From a virus (taxonomy: Duplodnaviria; Caudoviricetes): a stretch of 46,253 nt of DNA. Location: positions 1-46,253 of IMG/VR virus record IMGVR_UViG_3300011423_000004; one strand, 5' to 3'. This document shows positions 26,254 to 34,507 of this stretch, piece by piece. How positions within the stretch are numbered: the stretch's first letter is position 1; every line of letters starts with the position of its first letter. A program made the translations under genes and the position numbers. The notes below the pieces were generated by a model that saw nothing but the letters and a program-made list of their open reading frames with translations, was not told where the DNA came from and ran no database searches.

Positions 26254-26330
26254 TGACTACCAAGATACAGATACAATACTGTCCAAAATGCAAGCGTGAG
26301 ATTTGGCCTATGAGAAGGTGTATCTGCTAA
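26253..26330 (+). CDS. 25-aa Cys peptide
   Basis: MTTKIQIQYCPKCKREIWPMRRCIC; TAATG-coupled on both sides. Confidence 0.45.
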   Translation: MTTKIQIQYCPKCKREIWPMRRCIC

Positions 26331-27277
26331 TGGACATCATTCCATCGGCCAAGAAGAACGTAATCTTCGATGCCACAATGCTCTCCTCACTCATGAGTTG
26401 TGGACGATACCATGATATCAGATTCAATCAGCGCATGGTATCCACACGCGGTAAGTCCAACAGCATGGAAGTGGGAAACATCATCCACAAGGTGCTTGAA
26501 GTCTATTACAAGCATATGATTAAGGGATTCCCACGTCAGACCAGTATAGCGCAGGGGCTTACAGCAGGTCAGATGTATATCACTGGCTGTGCATACTGCG
26601 CGTCGGGCATGGATGATAATCCAACGTGTGGACATGAGAAGGGTGAATACCCTGGGGTGGAGAATACTCCGGAAGACAATGACAAGTTTGTGGTGGGCTG
26701 GAAGTTCGCACTCGATACGTGTGAGCAATACTTCAAGTTCTATGAGAATGATTCATTCATTCCACTGAATGCGGAGCACGTCAAGAGTGAACCAGTGTAT
26801 GAGGACGAAGACATCCGTATTGGGTGGAAGGCGAAGTTCGACCTCATCGTTGACACCAATCAGATTGGTATGGTGTCAATAGACCACAAGACATTCAAGC
26901 AGCGGCGTGACAAGTCTTCTCTATCCAATCAGTTCATGGGGCAGTGTGTCCTGTTGAATAGCAGGAATGTCATCGTGAACAAGATTGGTCTTCAGACTAC
27001 ATTGAAGATTGGTGAGAGACTGACTCGTGAGGTAGTGAGTTACAGTGCAGATAGATTGGATGAGTTCATCAATGAGACTCTTCCATACTATGCATACAAG
27101 TATATCCAGTTCACTGAGTCAGGCTATTGGCCTCCAGACTATACGCACTGCGACACGATGTTCGGTCCATGTCCATACAAGTCAGTGTGCGAGGCAGACA
27201 GGGGCATGAGGGCCGAGGTTCTACAGAATGAATTCAAGCTGACCCCCGTATGGGATCCAGTGAATAAGGAGGACTGA
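26330..27277 (+). CDS. Cas4/AddB-like PD-(D/E)XK exonuclease
   Basis: N-terminal C, GNIIHKVLE, FDLIV, IDHKT, Q, and C-terminal C-x6-C-x5-C Fe-S-type cysteines. Confidence 0.8.
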   Translation: MDIIPSAKKNVIFDATMLSSLMSCGRYHDIRFNQRMVSTRGKSNSMEVGNIIHKVLEVYYKHMIKGFPRQTSIAQGLTAGQMYITGCAYCASGMDDNPTCGHEKGEYPGVENTPEDNDKFVVGWKFALDTCEQYFKFYENDSFIPLNAEHVKSEPVYEDEDIRIGWKAKFDLIVDTNQIGMVSIDHKTFKQRRDKSSLSNQFMGQCVLLNSRNVIVNKIGLQTTLKIGERLTREVVSYSADRLDEFINETLPYYAYKYIQFTESGYWPPDYTHCDTMFGPCPYKSVCEADRGMRAEVLQNEFKLTPVWDPVNKED

Positions 27278-27468
27278 TGCCTACTCAAGCAGCGGAAATT
27301 ATGGCTCTACAGAGTCGTGTCAAGGAACTCATGGGTCAATTGGATGTATTAGAGGATGTAGTTCACACTCTCATTGTGTGGATTGTAGCATCAGCAGTTA
27401 GTCCTCTGAGTCCGCGTGAAGGCAAGGAACTAATTGAATTACTAGAGAGGGTGGAGGTAAAGAAATGA
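27277..27468 (+). CDS. Hypothetical protein
   Basis: 63 aa, coupled. Confidence 0.55.
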   Translation: MPTQAAEIMALQSRVKELMGQLDVLEDVVHTLIVWIVASAVSPLSPREGKELIELLERVEVKK

Positions 27469-27638
27469 AAATCAGTGAACTAATCGAACAACTGAAGGAT
27501 GTAGCACCTGATACTGAAATCTTCCTCAGTATCGATGGGGTGAACATCACTGACATTCAACTGGAACATATCTTGGAATCATGTGATGACCCTACCATCA
27601 TTGGGTTTGTCATGGTTCCTAAGATGGAGGCGCACTAA
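27465..27638 (+). CDS. Small acidic hypothetical protein (57 aa)
   Basis: Hand-found MKISELIEQLKDVAPDTEI...; GGAGG RBS; coupled on both sides. Confidence 0.6.
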   Translation: MKISELIEQLKDVAPDTEIFLSIDGVNITDIQLEHILESCDDPTIIGFVMVPKMEAH

Positions 27639-27886
27639 TGCCCTGTGGTGGAATCTACCCAATCACTCCGAAGCATCCATTCGGTGAGATGCATGGCAAG
27701 TCTAACCATGATAACTGTTTCCATTGCAATAAGGAAATCAAATCAGAAGATTTGATGTTCTGTGATGAGTGGGACTGTTATCTCCATCGTGATTGTGTGA
27801 TGGACTTCCTTAAAAGTGAGAATGGTCAAGTTGTATTACTTCACGGACATGAAGTCGTTCTATATTACGAGAAGGAAACAGAATAA
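27638..27886 (+). CDS. Zinc-finger-like small protein
   Basis: CFHC...C...HRDC. Confidence 0.6.
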   Translation: MPCGGIYPITPKHPFGEMHGKSNHDNCFHCNKEIKSEDLMFCDEWDCYLHRDCVMDFLKSENGQVVLLHGHEVVLYYEKETE

Positions 27887-28695
27887 TGCCCAACATGAGT
27901 GACGTGGACTTCAAGTCTCTATACTGTTTATTTAAGGGAGAGCCGGGTACACGCAAATCCACACAGGCTCTCTCATTCCCTGGACCACAGTATTGGTTCT
28001 CATGGGATAGGAAGATGAGTAGCATCTACTTGCCTATGAGGAAATGGGGAATAGACCCCAAGACTGTCTCATACGATGACTATGAAGACTGGACACGCGC
28101 CCGCGTCAAGCTGGAGCAACTCAAGGTTAATTGTCCATTCAAGACAATCGTAATCGATTCCATCACATCATGCGCGGATTCGATTCTACGTCAGACCACA
28201 TCACTGAAGTATGGGCTGGCGCGTAAGTCAGGTGCCACAGCAGGGAAACTCATCGCTGGCATCGCAGTCAACGAAATCGAAGATTATAACGCCGAATCAG
28301 GGGCGTTAGGTGAGTTGATATCGATTACGAAAGATATCAAGGCGTATCACAATGTCAATGTGATTATCATTGCTCATGTCATTAAGGCTGAGTATCGTGA
28401 TACGACCAAGAAGACTACACATATCTCTCGCCAGATTGTCACGGCGGGGAAGAACATTGCAGCCAAGATCCCGGCTTATTGTGGTGAAATCTATCACTTC
28501 AACATTACGTCGGGCTTTGATGCAACTAAGGGAGGTGAATACTCACTACTAACGGAACATACTGGCGACGACTTCGCTAAGTCCGAAATCGGTTTGGACA
28601 AGGAAATAGTATTTGGCGACAAGCCAATCTACGAAACCTACATCAAACCAGCCATCGCCAGAACCACAGAAACATCTACAACAACCACATTCTAG
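27886..28695 (+). CDS. Sak4-like / AAA_24 recombinase ATPase
   Basis: Walker A GEPGTRKST, Walker B TIVIDSIT, IIIAH; flanked by exonuclease and SSB. Confidence 0.75.
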   Translation: MPNMSDVDFKSLYCLFKGEPGTRKSTQALSFPGPQYWFSWDRKMSSIYLPMRKWGIDPKTVSYDDYEDWTRARVKLEQLKVNCPFKTIVIDSITSCADSILRQTTSLKYGLARKSGATAGKLIAGIAVNEIEDYNAESGALGELISITKDIKAYHNVNVIIIAHVIKAEYRDTTKKTTHISRQIVTAGKNIAAKIPAYCGEIYHFNITSGFDATKGGEYSLLTEHTGDDFAKSEIGLDKEIVFGDKPIYETYIKPAIARTTETSTTTTF

Positions 28696-28705
28696 GAGTA
28701 CAGTT

Positions 28706-29095
28706 GTGCCTATCATCACATTCAGTGCGTCGGATCTGAGTCGCGGGAAGATTGTTGAACCCGCGTGGTACGTCATGGTCATCAACAGCATTGGGGAGGC
28801 TCCCTCGAAGGATGGTGGCTCCACCAATTACCCTGTTGATGCCACCATCGTCAAGAACGCGGACAATGGGTCCGAAGAGTTCAAGGATGTTTCCATCACT
28901 TGGAATTTCAACAGCAAGGCCATTGGCTTCGCTGCTGGATTCCTTGGATCGTTTGGTGTCGAGGCTCAGCAGGATAAGCGGTATGAGCTGAACTCTGCTG
29001 TGGGCAAGATGATTGAGGTTTTCGTGGAGAACGGTGAGTGGCAGGGCCGCATCGTTAACCGCGTGAACCACAAGTATCGTCCCGTCCGCTCGTAG
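28706..29095 (+). CDS. DUF669-like single-stranded DNA-binding protein
   Basis: VEPAWYVMVI...SKDG...VGKMIEVFV...W.G..NRV pattern; GTG start with AGGAG RBS; adjacent to Sak4-like gene. Confidence 0.6.
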   Translation: MPIITFSASDLSRGKIVEPAWYVMVINSIGEAPSKDGGSTNYPVDATIVKNADNGSEEFKDVSITWNFNSKAIGFAAGFLGSFGVEAQQDKRYELNSAVGKMIEVFVENGEWQGRIVNRVNHKYRPVRS

Positions 29096-29183
29096 TGATG
29101 TGTGGTCCTAACATAAAATACCACCGGGGGGACATGAAAGTTAGGATACGTTCCCTCACTTCTCTAACAAGTAGGAGACTGAC

Positions 29184-29348
29184 ATGTTGCATTACATGGA
29201 TGGGGAAGAGCCGGTGGACTCGACTGAGGAAGATGATGACGAGTTCAAGGCTGAGGAAGACGACGACGAAGACGACGAGGACGATGACGACGAATTCGCC
29301 GCCGATGATGACGAAGATGATGAGGAAGAAAAGGATTCATCAAACTAA
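29184..29348 (+). CDS. Hyper-acidic peptide (54 aa, 34 D/E)
   Basis: Hand-found: MLHYMDGEEPVDSTEEDDDEFKAEEDDDEDDEDDDDEFAADDDEDDEEEKDSSN; AGGAG RBS. Confidence 0.7.
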   Translation: MLHYMDGEEPVDSTEEDDDEFKAEEDDDEDDEDDDDEFAADDDEDDEEEKDSSN

Positions 29349-29425
29349 TACATCAGAGGTTCAGAACTTGCTGTCTCCTGTCTGGGCCAGCATAAGTTGA
29401 CACTGATGTATCTGGAATGATGATA

Positions 29426-29480
29426 GGGGCCACTCCCAATACTACTCCCAGTAGGTTACGGGAGTGGCTCCGATTTTCTT
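29426..29480 (+). terminator. Long hairpin followed by U-rich tract
   Basis: GGGGCCACTCCC/GGGAGTGGCTCC 12-bp stem, inner CTACT/AGTAG, then GATTTTCTT. Confidence 0.5.
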
Positions 29481-29502
29481 GTGGAATGAGAGTGAGAGAA
29501 GA

Positions 29503-29775
29503 ATGACTGACATTAAAGCCGTGGGACGTATAATCAAGGTGAGTAAGAGTGGATGGGGATTCATTACATCTAAGGAGATTGAGTTTACGCGCATCTTCTT
29601 TCACTGGACCGCACTCAGACAGGATACCATTCCATTCCTTGAGTTGAAGGTAGGTATGGATGTCGAGTTCACTCCACTCCAGATTCCTGGTCGTGGGTTT
29701 CGTGCCATTCGTGTGCGTGTAGTTGAGAAAGAGAAAACTAATGAACCAGCTGAAATGCCCTCACTGTCAGAATGA
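29503..29775 (+). CDS. Cold-shock domain protein 1
   Basis: RNP1 GWGFI, RNP2 IFFHW, LKVGMDVEF, GFRA. Confidence 0.8.
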   Translation: MTDIKAVGRIIKVSKSGWGFITSKEIEFTRIFFHWTALRQDTIPFLELKVGMDVEFTPLQIPGRGFRAIRVRVVEKEKTNEPAEMPSLSE

Positions 29776-29929
29776 TGACGTAGAAATGATGGAAGAGATG
29801 CCTCACTTCAAGTATTTCTGTACTGTATGTTCAAAGGTATTTAGATATGACCCGCAGTCAGAAAGTCAAGACAATAGCTCTAGTAATAAAGAAACATTTC
29901 CGAAACTTGTCTACAGGAAAGACGATTGA
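29741..29929 (+). CDS. Zinc-ribbon small protein
   Basis: CPHC...YFCTVCSKVF. Confidence 0.55.
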   Translation: MNQLKCPHCQNDDVEMMEEMPHFKYFCTVCSKVFRYDPQSESQDNSSSNKETFPKLVYRKDD

Positions 29930-29999
29930 ACTAGCGTTCGACATAATGGAAGCACTAGAAGATTACCCTGACCAAGTGGATGTGAATAAAGATGAATGA
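29847..29999 (+). CDS. Small hypothetical protein (50 aa)
   Basis: Hand-found MTRSQKVKTIALVIKKHF... Confidence 0.4.
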   Translation: MTRSQKVKTIALVIKKHFRNLSTGKTIELAFDIMEALEDYPDQVDVNKDE

Positions 30000-30183
30000 C
30001 TTTCATAAGGACATGCTGAAGGATGTAATTAAGGACTGGTCTGTTGAGCAGGTCGAGGATTACATCAATGAGCTAGAGGAAAGAGCATCCGACCTGAGTG
30101 AATGGATTAGACTCTTGAAAATGATTCGTAGAAAGAAGATACGTAAGCCTGTCTATGATAACGGTCCGAGGGGTGGAATCTAA
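29992..30183 (+). CDS. Helical hypothetical protein
   Basis: 63 aa, coupled to pol. Confidence 0.55.
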   Translation: MNDFHKDMLKDVIKDWSVEQVEDYINELEERASDLSEWIRLLKMIRRKKIRKPVYDNGPRGGI

Positions 30184-32711
30184 TGGAGCACAAGTATGTC
30201 CCAGGAATGGGTGCTATCGGAGCTAAGTTTGTAATACTGGGTGAAGCCCCATCACATGAAGAGGTAGCCTCTGGTAAACCATTCGTCGGTGCGAGTGGGC
30301 GCGAATTAGACAGGCTATTGAAGGACGCGGGGATTAATCGTGGAGACTTGTGGATTACCAACGTATGTAAGTATATGGTCCCTCCTAACCAAGACAAAAA
30401 GAGGGTACCCTTCCCGACACGGGCTAAGCTGTGCGGGATTGACATGGACAAACAATTAGTAGAACTGAGAACCGAACTCGATGACATTAGACCTAACGTC
30501 ATACTCGCTCTCGGTGGCACTGCTCTATGGGCGTTGTCCGGTAAAACTAAGATTGGTAAATTCCGTGGTAGCATCCTCAGAGGCATGGGCCATAAGTTTG
30601 TTCCTACCTATCATCCCGCGCATCTTATACATAGTGGTGCGTCTGGAGAAATCAAGGGTTACTGGAACAGACAAGTAATGATCTTCGACTTCAAGAGGGC
30701 GTATGAAGAATCAGCTACACCTCTACTCAACCTACCCAATCGTATCCTCCAAGTATGTAATAATAGTGGAGAGTTATATGAGTTCCTCCAACGATACAAG
30801 GACTGTACAAGACTATCAGTTGATATCGAGGCAGGAGGTCATTGCCTACCCATTTGTGTGGGACTTGCTTTTAATAAATCCCACGGAATGACAGTCCCTC
30901 TGTGGAATAAGGATGGTATCAGTAATATCCCATCCTCTGACCTGACCACTATATGGAAGATGTTAACCAAGGTACTATGGGAGAAAGACATTGTTGGACA
31001 AAACTTCAATTACGACAGAGACAAACTTCGTAGGCTTGGTTTTGCCGTCAGGGGAATACACTCAGATACTCTTCTCAAGGCATTTGCAATTAACCCTGAA
31101 CTCCCAAAAGGGCTTGCATTCAGTACTTCTATCTACACGCGAGAACCCTTCTACAAAGACGAAGGTATGTATGAGGGGGAACTTAGAGATCTCCTACTCG
31201 GATGTGCTCGGGATAGTTGCGTTACATACGAAATAAACGATGCAATGGATGCGGACTTGGAGGAACTCGGTGTCACCAAGTTCTATAACAACTTCCTGAT
31301 GAAACTCCCAGACTTCTATCTTGAGATTGAGAACAATGGATTCAATGTCAATGAAGAGAAGAGGGATGAGCTGATTAGGAAGTATGTGGAATGGGATGAG
31401 CGTCTTGGCAGGGAAATGACTGAGCTGTCAGGTATAGAGACGAATGTCAACTCACCCCTTCAGGTCCATTCCCTCCTATTCGACTTCTGGAAACTCCCAC
31501 GTCGGCCCGGTGTAGGTGAGGAAGAACTCACTGCCCTACTCAATTTGCAGAATGGTGTGCGTGAGCCGACATACCGCGCATGGATTGAGAAGTGTCTGGA
31601 GAGAAGACGTGTCAAGAAAACTCTATCCACATATCTCATGGCTATACCTGATTATGATGGAAAGATGCGGACTACTTGTTTTATGTGCCTCGAAACAGGT
31701 AGAACTAGCACAGGGCAGCAAGACCCTCCCATCAGGCCATTGGTTGACGTTGTAGGCAAGGGCAAGAAGAAGGATTACAAGGTCATGGGCACGGCATTCC
31801 AGACCATGACGAAGCACGGTGATATCGGGGCTGACGTTAGAAGTATGTATGAGCCTGATGAGGGCCACATCTTTGTACAACTAGACTCTAGTCAAGCCGA
31901 AGCAAGAGTAGTATTCAATTTGGCAACTGATGAGCAAGCATTAAAGGACATTGACGAACATGACTATCACGCGCTTACTGCAAGCTGGTTTTTCGGTGGG
32001 ACTGAGGCGGATTACTCCAAGAAGGTATTGGGATACGAATCTCCAATTCGATTTGCCGGGAAAACTCTTCGTCATGCGGGCCATCTTGGCGCGGGCAAAA
32101 GAAGAGCATCGACGGAGCTTAACACACAAGCGCGGAAGTACAAGATTCCTATCACTGTTACTGAGGCTATTGCGGAGAAAGCTCTAAAGATATTCCACTC
32201 TAAACAACCTAAAATACAGAGGGTATTCCATGCAGAAGTCATCGAATGTCTCAAGCAAACTAGAAGACTCACCGCTCCACTCCCCTACGGAATTGATGCC
32301 GAGCGAGGTGGCGTACGTATATTTTATGAAAGATGGGGAGATGACTTGTTCAGGGAAGCACTTGCCTATCTACCCCAGCGAGCTGTTACTGATAATACCA
32401 AAGCAGCTGGTATTAGAATCAAAAGGCAATTCGGAGAAGCGAAAATTATTCTTGAAGCGCATGATGCACTACTTTTCTCTGTTCCTAGAGACGATGTAGA
32501 TGACTTCATTACGCTTGCCAAGAAGGAGATGGAGAGGCCCATCAACTTCGCCTGTTGTAGTCTTCCACGTAGGTTCCTGAAGATTCCATGTGACGTTGAG
32601 GTGGGAGAGAATTACAAGGACTTGTATAAGTTCAAGTTTCCTGAGATAATACAGGAGGTTAGACCCCAAGTATCTAAAACTATAACTGAAGAATTCTTAG
32701 TACAGGAATGA
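30183..32711 (+). CDS. polA: Family A DNA polymerase with N-terminal family-4 uracil-DNA glycosylase-like domain and 3'-5' exonuclease
   Basis: UDG: GEAP, PFVG, TNVCK, TYHPA; Exo: VDIE, QNFNYD; Pol: TGR, motif A DSSQAEAR, motif B R-x3-K, motif C AHD. Confidence 0.9.
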   Translation: MEHKYVPGMGAIGAKFVILGEAPSHEEVASGKPFVGASGRELDRLLKDAGINRGDLWITNVCKYMVPPNQDKKRVPFPTRAKLCGIDMDKQLVELRTELDDIRPNVILALGGTALWALSGKTKIGKFRGSILRGMGHKFVPTYHPAHLIHSGASGEIKGYWNRQVMIFDFKRAYEESATPLLNLPNRILQVCNNSGELYEFLQRYKDCTRLSVDIEAGGHCLPICVGLAFNKSHGMTVPLWNKDGISNIPSSDLTTIWKMLTKVLWEKDIVGQNFNYDRDKLRRLGFAVRGIHSDTLLKAFAINPELPKGLAFSTSIYTREPFYKDEGMYEGELRDLLLGCARDSCVTYEINDAMDADLEELGVTKFYNNFLMKLPDFYLEIENNGFNVNEEKRDELIRKYVEWDERLGREMTELSGIETNVNSPLQVHSLLFDFWKLPRRPGVGEEELTALLNLQNGVREPTYRAWIEKCLERRRVKKTLSTYLMAIPDYDGKMRTTCFMCLETGRTSTGQQDPPIRPLVDVVGKGKKKDYKVMGTAFQTMTKHGDIGADVRSMYEPDEGHIFVQLDSSQAEARVVFNLATDEQALKDIDEHDYHALTASWFFGGTEADYSKKVLGYESPIRFAGKTLRHAGHLGAGKRRASTELNTQARKYKIPITVTEAIAEKALKIFHSKQPKIQRVFHAEVIECLKQTRRLTAPLPYGIDAERGGVRIFYERWGDDLFREALAYLPQRAVTDNTKAAGIRIKRQFGEAKIILEAHDALLFSVPRDDVDDFITLAKKEMERPINFACCSLPRRFLKIPCDVEVGENYKDLYKFKFPEIIQEVRPQVSKTITEEFLVQE

Positions 32712-32714
32712 GTA

Positions 32715-33992
32715 ATGACATGGCTGGAGAAATTGCTAAGTCAACATTCGGAGCTAGAATCACCTACCAACTTCTGGCTCTGGGGCGGAATGGCTACCAT
32801 CTCAGCAGTAGTAAAGGATAATGTATGGCTAGACAGACAGATATACAATCTGTACCCCAACATCTACGTGATGTTCCACGCGGAATCTGGTTTAAAAAAA
32901 GGCCCCCCTATCTCTATGGCGAAACGGCTCGTGCGTGGGGTGGGTGGGACGAGGATAATCAGCGGAAGGTCAAGCATACAAGGAATTCTCAAAGAACTTG
33001 GGACAGCGCAAACGCAACCCGGCGGACGGGTAATAAATAAGTCGTGCGCGTTCATCTGTTCTAGTGAATTGACTTCCTCCATCGTAGAAGATAAGGTAGC
33101 CACGGACATCTTGACAGACCTATATGACAGACAGTATAATATAGGTGAGTGGCGGTCACTCCTGAAGATGGAGTCCTTCAATCTGAAAGACCCAACTATC
33201 ACGATGCTTACGGCCACCAATGAGGCGCACTCAGCTGACTTTTTCGGGAAGAAAGACATACATGGGGGTTACTTCGCTAGGACATTTGTCATCAGTGAGA
33301 ACAAGCGTAACCGTGCGAACAGTCTCCTTGTCCCACTGACCAATCCTCCCAAGTATGAAGAGCTAATTGAGTACCTGCATAAGCTATCTACATTGAGTGG
33401 GCCATTCGCACCTCTCGCATCCAAGGTGGAAACTGAGTGTCATACCATTCCCTTTTTGGAGCATGTGACAGGTGAATTGAATTACTTCTCATCTGCTGGG
33501 ATTAGATATCAGAAGTGGTATGAGGACTTCATTACCACAATGGCACAGCAGGAAGTGAAGGATGAGACTGGCACACTCAATAGATTTGGTGACAGTGTAT
33601 TGAAAGTGGCAATGCTGCTGGCCCTGTCCAAGTCCCCCGAGCTGTACATTGATGACGAGTCTATGGAACTAGCCATTCAGTACTCTGAGAGACTGATAGG
33701 TAACGTGAGGGAAATGACTCACGGTAAGAAGGGCCTATCAGAGAGTAAGAATATCAAGAATCTGATTATCCAAGAACTCTTGGGACGTGAGACACATCAG
33801 ATAAGTCGAGCTATGCTGTTGAAGAGGATGTGGGCACACTATAAGGAAGCTACTGAATTAGATGATATCATGATGTCATTCGATCAGGCTAATCTAATCA
33901 AGACTGAATCGATTGGCAATCAAATCATCTACGTGATGGGTGAGTTGCAGGTGAAGGAATACCAGAGGTATTTTGCGGGGAAGAACCGATGA
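32715..33992 (+). CDS. DUF3987-like P-loop protein (putative replicative helicase)
   Basis: ESP..F..W, YPNIYV, degenerate Walker A AESGLKKG, SSEL, LTDLYD, GGYFARTF; follows pol. Confidence 0.6.
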   Translation: MTWLEKLLSQHSELESPTNFWLWGGMATISAVVKDNVWLDRQIYNLYPNIYVMFHAESGLKKGPPISMAKRLVRGVGGTRIISGRSSIQGILKELGTAQTQPGGRVINKSCAFICSSELTSSIVEDKVATDILTDLYDRQYNIGEWRSLLKMESFNLKDPTITMLTATNEAHSADFFGKKDIHGGYFARTFVISENKRNRANSLLVPLTNPPKYEELIEYLHKLSTLSGPFAPLASKVETECHTIPFLEHVTGELNYFSSAGIRYQKWYEDFITTMAQQEVKDETGTLNRFGDSVLKVAMLLALSKSPELYIDDESMELAIQYSERLIGNVREMTHGKKGLSESKNIKNLIIQELLGRETHQISRAMLLKRMWAHYKEATELDDIMMSFDQANLIKTESIGNQIIYVMGELQVKEYQRYFAGKNR

Positions 33993-34171
33993 CCTGTAAA
34001 TGCAAGATTAGGGACCGGAAGGAATACGAGCCACAACGAGAGTGGCTTAAGGATTGCATGTGCATGTTACACTGGATGCAATCTGATTATTATCAGGATA
34101 AGTTAGATGAGAATCCCAATCCCCACATTCCAAGAGGACGAGAAGATACCGGAAGTAAAGACTCAGTTTAA
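33989..34171 (+). CDS. Small Cys/His protein
   Basis: CKC...CMCMLH; ATGA coupling. Confidence 0.4.
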   Translation: MTCKCKIRDRKEYEPQREWLKDCMCMLHWMQSDYYQDKLDENPNPHIPRGREDTGSKDSV

Positions 34172-34286
34172 TACTGAGTGGATCCACGAGTTTCTGAATG
34201 TACCTCCGTGGAAGTGCGTATGCGGACTCACGAATTTCGGACGTAACGAGCAGTGTGCAAAATGCAAGAAGGAGAGATTAACATGA
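34107..34286 (+). CDS. RanBP2-type zinc-finger-like protein (59 aa)
   Basis: Hand-found; WKCVCGLTNFGRNEQCAKC; ATGA overlap with the cold-shock gene. Confidence 0.55.
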   Translation: MRIPIPTFQEDEKIPEVKTQFNTEWIHEFLNVPPWKCVCGLTNFGRNEQCAKCKKERLT

Positions 34287-34507
34287 AGGGTTTCGTTAAA
34301 AATGTGGCGGGATTGAAGCAGTATGGATTTATTAGGGCGGAGGATGGGAAGGAATACTTCTTCCACAAGGAAGATTTCAATGGTTTTTGGGATGACTTGG
34401 CAATTGATGTGGAGAAGGGACGGACTGTCACTGTTACGTTTGAGTCCGTCCCCTCTGATAAGGGACCGCGTGCGGGTGAAGTAGTCAGGACTGATTCAGG
34501 AGTCTAG
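34283..34507 (+). CDS. Cold-shock domain protein 2
   Basis: MKGFVK, YGFI, YFFH, VTF, KGPRA; AAGGAG RBS. Confidence 0.85.
   Translation: MKGFVKNVAGLKQYGFIRAEDGKEYFFHKEDFNGFWDDLAIDVEKGRTVTVTFESVPSDKGPRAGEVVRTDSGV

Noticed and set aside
26330-27277. CRISPR-associated cas4
   Set aside because: Context (Sak4-like ATPase, SSB) indicates a phage recombination exonuclease; no cas1/cas2 or array
29095-29400. 101-aa Thr/Met-rich ORF
   Set aside because: Alternate-frame reading of the GAY/GAR codons of the acidic peptide, which has the RBS
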